This document shows, piece by piece, positions 1-4,829 of a DNA stretch of 4,829 nt. The number at the start of each line of letters is the position of its first letter. Positions within the stretch are counted from its first letter, which is position 1. The translations under genes and the position numbers were made by a program. The notes under the pieces are model-generated. The model did not search any database, was not told the DNA's origin, and saw only the letters and a program-made list of their open reading frames with translations. This stretch comes from a virus (taxonomy: Duplodnaviria > Heunggongvirae > Uroviricota > Caudoviricetes). Location of the stretch: IMG/VR virus record IMGVR_UViG_2690316099_000010. One strand, 5' to 3'.

Positions 1-28
1 ACACTATCAATAAGTTGGAGTCATTACC
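1..28 (+). mobile_element. IS1 terminus (right inverted repeat end), element body lies left of the window
   Basis: Positions 1-28 (ACACTATCAATAAGTTGGAGTCATTACC) match the 3' end of IS1 as I recall it (ending GGAGTCATTACC) and are the perfect reverse complement of 4799-4826. The identity runs to the window edge, so the element is cut by the window. Orientation is from memory of the IS1 convention. Confidence 0.8.
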
Positions 29-437
29 CGTTAAAACATCTGCAGATAATGACGTTGACTTGGATACAGATGGATTCAGACAACTGAGGATATCGTGCCC
101 ATCCCCTTCTGCCAGCGGTGCGATTATATTGAGAAAAGCTTCTTATGAATTCGGCAAAAGTATAGGTGTATTTGATTTTGCAAACAATGCATCACCAGCG
201 ACGATGACATTTTTGNNNNNNNNNNNNNNNNNNNNNNNNNNNNNNNNNNNNNNNNNNNNNNNNNNNNNNNNNNNNNNNNNNNNNNNNNNNNNNNNNNNNN
301 NNNNNNNNNNNNNNNNNNNNNNNNNNNNNNNNNNNNNNNNNNNNNNNNNNNNNNNNNNNNNNNNNNNNNNNNNNNNNNNNNNNNNNNNNNNNNNNNNNNN
401 NNNNNNNNNNNNNNNNNNNNNNATTAATGATGATTAA
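29..437 (+). CDS. Hypothetical protein, 5' end interrupted or bounded by IS1; AT-rich, unknown function; interior masked (216-422)
   Basis: The frame is open from the IS1 junction with no stop across 29-215 (62 codons, improbable by chance in ~41% GC DNA), while both other + frames and all three - frames contain stops. The same absolute frame resumes after the mask and stops at TAA 435-437 (end ...INDD). A terminator follows 8 nt downstream. No family recognised. The TTG at 15 in the ORF track lies inside the IS1 repeat and is not a credible start. Confidence 0.3.
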
Positions 438-444
438 TATATAA

Positions 445-469
445 GCCGCCAGAAATTGGCGGTTTTTTT
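445..469 (+). terminator. Rho-independent terminator: 6-bp GC-rich stem (446-451 CCGCCA / 457-462 TGGCGG), 5-nt loop GAAAT, then T7 run 463-469
   Basis: Hairpin and U-tract read directly from the sequence, 8 nt after the stop at 435-437. The A-rich stretch ATATAA immediately upstream allows weak function in the opposite direction too. Confidence 0.6.
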
Positions 470-474
470 ATAGT

Positions 475-478
475 GGAG
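475..478 (+). promoter_or_regulatory. Shine-Dalgarno (GGAG) for the CDS starting at 484
   Basis: GGAG sits 5 nt upstream of ATG 484. Confidence 0.55.
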
Positions 479-483
479 ACAGT

Positions 484-2013
484 ATGGACTTACCTTCTTT
501 ACCTTCTCTTTCTTCACTCTTTTCTGCATCTTCAGGTATCAATTGGCGCGATAATCTTTACGACGCTTCATTTCGTGGCGTTCCGTTTTCGGTGGAGAGC
601 GACGAGGGTTCGTTCGGACGCCGCGTTCAGGTCCATGAATACCCAAACCGTGACAAACCGTACACGGAAGATCTCGGGCGTGCCACGCGACGGCTGACGA
701 TTAATGCGTATCTCGTTGGTGATGATTACGCAGAGCAGCGCGACAGGCTGATTACAGCGATTGAAACCGCCGGGCCGGGGACGCTGATCCATCCGCAGTT
801 CGGTGAAATGCAGGGCTGTATTGACGGGCAGGTGACCGTTTCTCACTCCGGCACTGAAGGCCGTATGTGCCGGGTTTCATTTCAGTTTGTTGAGAGCGGG
901 GAACTGTCATTTCCGGTCGCCGGAGCTGCAACCGCCAGAAAACTGGAGGAGTCGTCCGTATTCCTGGATGAGTTGATTGAAGACATGTTCGGCGATTTTG
1001 ATCTCGCGGGAATACCGGACTTTATTCAGAACGATGTTATTGCCCGGACGACCGATATGCTGGGAACCGTTCAGACAGCTTTCAAAATGGTTAATTCGGC
1101 TGTTTCTGCCGGAGCGAGACTACTGCAGGGCGATTTATCCGTCATTCTGATGCCGCCGTCGGTTGCCAGTGATTTTGTGCATACGTTGCAGGATACCTGG
1201 CGGGCCGGAACCNNNNNNNNNNNNNNNNNNNNNNNNNNNNNNNNNNNNNNNNNNNNNNNNNNNNNNNNNNNNNNNNNNNNNNNNNNNNNNNNNNNNNNNN
1301 NNNNNNNNNNNNNNNNNNNNNNNNNNNNNNNNNNNNNNNNNNNNNNNNNNNNNNNNNNNNNNNNNNNNNNNNNNNNNNNNNNNNNNNNNNNNNNNNNNNN
1401 NNNNNNNNNNNNNNNNNNNNNNNNNNNNNNNNNNNNNNNNNNNNNNNNNNNNNNNNNNNNNNNNNNNNNNNNNNNNNNNNNNNNNNNNNNNNNNNNNNNN
1501 NNNNNNNNNNNNNNNNNNNNNNNNNNNNNNNNNNNNNNNNNNNNNNNNNNNNNNNNNNNNNNNNNNNNNNNNNNNNNNNNNNNNNNNNNNNNNNNNNNTG
1601 GTGGTTCCACTGAACGTCAGTCCGATATTATTCACGTTTCTCATCCGGCACTTGACAGCGTGGCAGCCAGCACAGGACAGGATGAGAGAGCGCAACCACC
1701 CACGCGGGAAAATCTCACCATCATACGCGAATCGCTGAACGCGGCGATTGAACAGGAGCTCAGGCGTACGGCGGATGACAGGCTGTTTTTTCAGCTGACG
1801 TCATTACGTACAGAACTGAACCGGGATATTCAGGCGCGTCTGGTTCAGACGGAGGAAACCGCAGAGCGAACGCCAGCGGAAGTTCTGCCTGCGCTTGTTC
1901 TGGCTGCGTCATGGTACGACGATGCGTCCCGTGAAACTGATATCCTGGATCGAAATGCCATCTCTCATCCGGGCTTTGTTCCGGTCAGGGCATTAAGGGT
2001 ACCCGTCAGATGA
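484..2013 (+). CDS. Phage Mu gp43 (N)-like DNA circulation protein / tail-associated protein; interior masked (1213-1598)
   Basis: 509-codon frame with a good RBS. The N-terminal region (INWRDNLYDASFRGVPF...GRRVQVHEYPNRDKPYTEDLGRATRR...YLVGDDY) matches the conserved motifs I recall for the DNA-circulation N-terminal family. The visible N- and C-terminal parts lie in the same absolute frame either side of the mask, and the stop TGA 2011-2013 overlaps the next start (ATGA). Size is close to Mu N (about 490 aa). Confidence 0.8.
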   Translation: MDLPSLPSLSSLFSASSGINWRDNLYDASFRGVPFSVESDEGSFGRRVQVHEYPNRDKPYTEDLGRATRRLTINAYLVGDDYAEQRDRLITAIETAGPGTLIHPQFGEMQGCIDGQVTVSHSGTEGRMCRVSFQFVESGELSFPVAGAATARKLEESSVFLDELIEDMFGDFDLAGIPDFIQNDVIARTTDMLGTVQTAFKMVNSAVSAGARLLQGDLSVILMPPSVASDFVHTLQDTWRAGTXXXXXXXXXXXXXXXXXXXXXXXXXXXXXXXXXXXXXXXXXXXXXXXXXXXXXXXXXXXXXXXXXXXXXXXXXXXXXXXXXXXXXXXXXXXXXXXXXXXXXXXXXXXXXXXXXXXXXXXXXXXXXXXXXGGSTERQSDIIHVSHPALDSVAASTGQDERAQPPTRENLTIIRESLNAAIEQELRRTADDRLFFQLTSLRTELNRDIQARLVQTEETAERTPAEVLPALVLAASWYDDASRETDILDRNAISHPGFVPVRALRVPVR

Positions 2014-3086
2014 ATGATACCGTTTTACTTCGGGTTTCCGGTCGCGAATGGGGCGGCTGGACATCCGTCCGTATCAGTGCGGGCATTAACCGTATTGCCC
2101 GGGATTTTAATGTTGCCATTACCACCCGCTGGCCCGGAAGCCGGGATTATCAACCCCGGATAAAAAATGGTGAGCTGGTTGAAGTGCTTATCGGGGATGA
2201 GCCTGTGCTCACCGGATATGTGGAGGCACTACCGCTTCGTTATGACGCCAGCAGCGTCAGCATGGGAATTGTCGGGCGAAGCAAAACAGCCGATCTGGTT
2301 GACTGCTCTGCTTTGCCACTCCAGCAGAGCGGAAAAAACCTGCTCAGAATAGTCAGTGAACTGGCTGCGCCATTTGGCATCACCGTTGTTGATGCTGGCG
2401 TGCCGCAGACAGCGGTGATTGATGCCCAGCCGGAACACGGCGAAACCGTTGCCGATTGTCTTAACCGGTTACTGGGGCAGGTTCAGACGCTGGCTTATGA
2501 CGATGAATGCGGGCGACTGGTTCTGGGAAAACCCGGAACAGGTAAAGCGGCGACGGCGCTGGTGCTGGGAGAGAATATTCTTTCCTGTGACACGGAAAGA
2601 AGCATCAGAGAGCGGTTTTCTGAATATCAGGTCAGTGGGCAGCGCCCGGGCAACGACGATGATTTTGGTGAGGCCACCATTGCCGCAATACGTCAGACCA
2701 TTCAGGACAGTGGCGTGACCCGTTATCGCCCTTTGTTGATTCAGCAGTCAGGCACAGCAACGACAGCAACCTGTAAGGCCCGTTGTGAATTTGAAGCGCG
2801 CCAACGGGCTGCGCTTACCCGTGAGACAACATATACGGTTCAGGGCTGGCGGCAGGGCAGTGGCGCGTTATGGCGTCCGGGGTTATCTGTCATCGTTTTC
2901 GACCCGCTGAATAATTTTGATAATGATGAACTGGTGATCGCAGAAGTTACCTATAACCAGGACGACCGGGGCACGACGACTGAATTACGGGTTGGCCCGG
3001 CAGATGCTTATCTCCCCGAGCCTGTTACCGCCAGGAAGAAAAAAATGTTGAGGAGGATTTCTGATGAACGGGTTTTCTCTTCGTAA
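2010..3086 (+). CDS. Phage Mu gp44 (P)-like baseplate hub protein (late control D-type tail protein family)
   Basis: Uninterrupted 358-codon frame, fully visible. The ATG overlaps the upstream stop in an ATGA, which indicates translational coupling. Size and position immediately after the N homolog fit Mu gene order. Family call is from remembered similarity and synteny, not a search. Confidence 0.75.
   Translation: MNDTVLLRVSGREWGGWTSVRISAGINRIARDFNVAITTRWPGSRDYQPRIKNGELVEVLIGDEPVLTGYVEALPLRYDASSVSMGIVGRSKTADLVDCSALPLQQSGKNLLRIVSELAAPFGITVVDAGVPQTAVIDAQPEHGETVADCLNRLLGQVQTLAYDDECGRLVLGKPGTGKAATALVLGENILSCDTERSIRERFSEYQVSGQRPGNDDDFGEATIAAIRQTIQDSGVTRYRPLLIQQSGTATTATCKARCEFEARQRAALTRETTYTVQGWRQGSGALWRPGLSVIVFDPLNNFDNDELVIAEVTYNQDDRGTTTELRVGPADAYLPEPVTARKKKMLRRISDERVFSS
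3051..3056 (+). promoter_or_regulatory. Shine-Dalgarno (AGGAGG) for the CDS starting at 3064
   Basis: Perfect AGGAGG sits 7 nt upstream of ATG 3064, inside the 3' end of the preceding gene. Confidence 0.65.
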
Positions 3087-3165
3087 TCTGATTTCCCGGG
3101 CTGTCATCACGGCGGTGGATTCCGCCAGAAAGTGTCAGTCTGTAGGGTTGAAAATGATAGCCGGA
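3064..3165 (+). CDS. Phage baseplate assembly protein V / Mu gp45-like spike protein, 5' portion only; 3' end lost in masked region
   Basis: Strong RBS, ATG at 3064, and an N-terminus (MNGFSLRNLISRAVITAVDSARKCQSVGLKMIAG) resembling the gpV-family start pattern. Position after the P homolog fits Mu-like order. Only 34 codons are visible; the ORF-track length of 447 aa is an artefact of translating N. Confidence 0.55.
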
Positions 3166-3801
3166 NNNNNNNNNNNNNNNNNNNNNNNNNNNNNNNNNNN
3201 NNNNNNNNNNNNNNNNNNNNNNNNNNNNNNNNNNNNNNNNNNNNNNNNNNNNNNNNNNNNNNNNNNNNNNNNNNNNNNNNNNNNNNNNNNNNNNNNNNNN
3301 NNNNNNNNNNNNNNNNNNNNNNNNNNNNNNNNNNNNNNNNNNNNNNNNNNNNNNNNNNNNNNNNNNNNNNNNNNNNNNNNNNNNNNNNNNNNNNNNNNNN
3401 NNNNNNNNNNNNNNNNNNNNNNNNNNNNNNNNNNNNNNNNNNNNNNNNNNNNNNNNNNNNNNNNNNNNNNNNNNNNNNNNNNNNNNNNNNNNNNNNNNNN
3501 NNNNNNNNNNNNNNNNNNNNNNNNNNNNNNNNNNNNNNNNNNNNNNNNNNNNNNNNNNNNNNNNNNNNNNNNNNNNNNNNNNNNNNNNNNNNNNNNNNNN
3601 NNNNNNNNNNNNNNNNNNNNNNNNNNNNNNNNNNNNNNNNNNNNNNNNNNNNNNNNNNNNNNNNNNNNNNNNNNNNNNNNNNNNNNNNNNNNNNNNNNNN
3701 NNNNNNNNNNNNNNNNNNNNNNNNNNNNNNNNNNNNNNNNNNNNNNNNNNNNNNNNNNNNNNNNNNNNNNNNNNNNNNNNNNNNNNNNNNNNNNNNNNNN
3801 N

Positions 3802-3938
3802 GCTGTGATTATTTCGCTTTTTACATGGCGGCGTGCCGGGCGTGATGATGCACCACGGATATTTGGATGGTGGGGGGATACCTGGCCTGCGGTTCAGAAT
3901 GATCGCACGGGGTCGCGTTTGTATCTGTTGCGACGCAG
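3802..3938 (+). CDS. Phage GP46-family baseplate protein (Mu gp46-like), internal fragment between two masked blocks
   Basis: The visible frame AVIISLFTWRRAGRDDAPRIFGWWGDTWPAVQNDRTGSRLYLLRR carries the GWWGD ... GSRL(W/Y)LL motif I associate with the GP46 family, and sits in the expected position between the gpV-like and J-like genes. Both ends are masked. Confidence 0.5.
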
Positions 3939-4375
3939 NNNNNNNNNNNNNNNNNNNNNNNNNNNNNNNNNNNNNNNNNNNNNNNNNNNNNNNNNNNNNN
4001 NNNNNNNNNNNNNNNNNNNNNNNNNNNNNNNNNNNNNNNNNNNNNNNNNNNNNNNNNNNNNNNNNNNNNNNNNNNNNNNNNNNNNNNNNNNNNNNNNNNN
4101 NNNNNNNNNNNNNNNNNNNNNNNNNNNNNNNNNNNNNNNNNNNNNNNNNNNNNNNNNNNNNNNNNNNNNNNNNNNNNNNNNNNNNNNNNNNNNNNNNNNN
4201 NNNNNNNNNNNNNNNNNNNNNNNNNNNNNNNNNNNNNNNNNNNNNNNNNNNNNNNNNNNNNNNNNNNNNNNNNNNNNNNNNNNNNNNNNNNNNNNNNNNN
4301 NNNNNNNNNNNNNNNNNNNNNNNNNNNNNNNNNNNNNNNNNNNNNNNNNNNNNNNNNNNNNNNNNNNNNNNNNNT

Positions 4376-4798
4376 CTTGCCAGAAATCTGTTACCGGACG
4401 TGTGTGATGAAGACTGGCTGTACCGGCACGCCAGAATCAAACGCTGCCCGCGAAAAGAAGCGGTGGCAGCCCGGGGATTTGTGCGCTGGGATGGCGTAGA
4501 GGGGACGCCGGTATTGCCAGCGGGAACGCAGATCCAGCGTGATAATCAGGTGACCTTTACCACGACGGCGACGGTGACCGCAGCCGATGGTCTTCTCCGG
4601 GTGCCTGTTGTGGCAGACGAACCGGGATCGGCGGGGAATACGGATGATGGTATTGCCATGCAACTGGGAACACCCGTCAGTGGTCTGCCGTCCACAGGGT
4701 ACGCTGACACCATTACAGACGGTGAAGATATTGAAAATCTGGAAATATGGCGTGCCCGCGTTATGGAACGTTATTACTACATTCCACAGGGGGGCGCA
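4376..4798 (+). pseudogene. Baseplate J-like protein (Mu gp47 family), 5' end in masked region, coding frame interrupted by IS1 at 4798/4799
   Basis: This frame (phase of 4376) is not in the ORF track because it has no stop inside the window. It translates without stops to ...RKEAVAARGFVRWDGVEGTPVLPAGTQIQRDNQVTFTTTATVTAADGLLRVPVVADEPGSAGNTDDG...TDGEDIENLEIWRARVMERYYYIPQGGA, matching the Baseplate_J pattern as I recall it. The frame then runs straight into the IS1 terminal repeat, and the expected C-terminal third is absent. Confidence 0.7.
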
Positions 4799-4829
4799 GG
4801 TAATGACTCCAACTTATTGATAGTGTTTT
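4799..4829 (-). mobile_element. IS1 terminus (right inverted repeat end, reverse orientation), element body lies right of the window
   Basis: 4799-4826 (GGTAATGACTCCAACTTATTGATAGTGT) is the perfect reverse complement of 1-28 and matches the IS1 end as recalled. The following TTT is consistent with continuation into IS1 (TTTATG...). Confidence 0.8.

Noticed and set aside
15-28. TTG start at position 15 given by the ORF track for the left-hand ORF
   Set aside because: The proposed start lies inside the IS1 terminal inverted repeat. The open frame is more plausibly a gene truncated by the IS1 insertion than a protein initiating within IS1.
423-440. ATTAAT ... ATTAAT repeated hexamers (423-428, 433-438) as a possible operator
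   Set aside because: Too short and AT-rich to distinguish from chance; they overlap the end of the upstream ORF and abut masked sequence, so the context cannot be evaluated.
473-697. 74-aa + strand ORF (GTG start) encoding a very hydrophobic peptide, overlapping the start of the N homolog
   Set aside because: It lies in an alternative frame of a well-supported gene; its hydrophobicity is a by-product of the T/C-rich tract (F/L/S/Y codons); its start overlaps the RBS of the real gene. Most likely spurious.
568-846. 92-aa antisense ORF inside the N homolog
   Set aside because: Shadow ORF on the opposite strand of a conserved coding region, with no RBS or recognisable family.
1071-1738. ORF-track entries 1071-1610 (-), 1135-1695 (-) and 1163-1738 (+), consisting mostly of X
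   Set aside because: Created by translating the masked block 1213-1598; the short visible flanks give no independent support.
2167-2718. Three short ORFs (2167-2352 +, 2419-2718 +, 2229-2438 -) inside the P homolog
   Set aside because: Alternative-frame or antisense ORFs nested in a continuous 358-codon gene whose frame is better supported by synteny and coupling.
3025-4440. Long ORF-track entries 3064-4407 (+, 447 aa), 3132-3845 (+) and 3025-4440 (-) spanning masked blocks
   Set aside because: Continuity is an artefact of N translating to X. The visible pieces on the + strand belong to at least three separate genes (gpV-like, gp46-like, J-like), and the J-like frame differs from the frame that stops at 4405-4407.
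4391-4820. ORFs 4587-4820 (+) and 4391-4663 (-) near the right end
   Set aside because: Both are out of frame with, or antisense to, the J-like frame, which reads without stops across the whole visible region and has family-typical motifs. The + ORF ends only because of a stop inside the IS1 repeat.
1-4829. Tn9-like IS1-flanked resistance transposon (e.g. cat) or any CRISPR array
   Set aside because: The IS1 copies here are inverted, not direct; the cargo is phage tail genes; no resistance-gene-like sequence or regularly spaced direct repeats were seen in the visible sequence.

Overview
This 4.8-kb window is bracketed by two inward-facing IS1 termini: positions 1-28 and 4799-4826 are perfect reverse complements of each other and match the IS1 right terminal inverted repeat as I recall it. 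Between them, reading left to right on the + strand: (i) an AT-rich open frame of unknown function (about 41% GC by hand count) that is open from the left IS1 junction and stops at 435-437, followed by a hairpin plus T7 intrinsic terminator; (ii) a tightly coupled phage Mu-like tail baseplate module, namely a DNA-circulation protein N/gp43-like gene (484-2013), a baseplate hub P/gp44-like gene (2010-3086), a baseplate spike gpV/gp45-like gene (3064 into the mask), a GP46-family fragment (3802-3938) and a baseplate J/gp47-like gene (visible 4376-4798) that is cut by the right-hand IS1. About 1.67 kb is masked as N (216-422, 1213-1598, 3166-3801, 3939-4374) and cannot be interpreted; gene ends falling there are unknown. 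Protein family calls rest on remembered motifs, not on searches. I see no rRNA, tRNA or CRISPR array. The most interesting points are the IS1-bracketed, IS1-disrupted tail module and the compositionally foreign unknown gene next to the left IS1.
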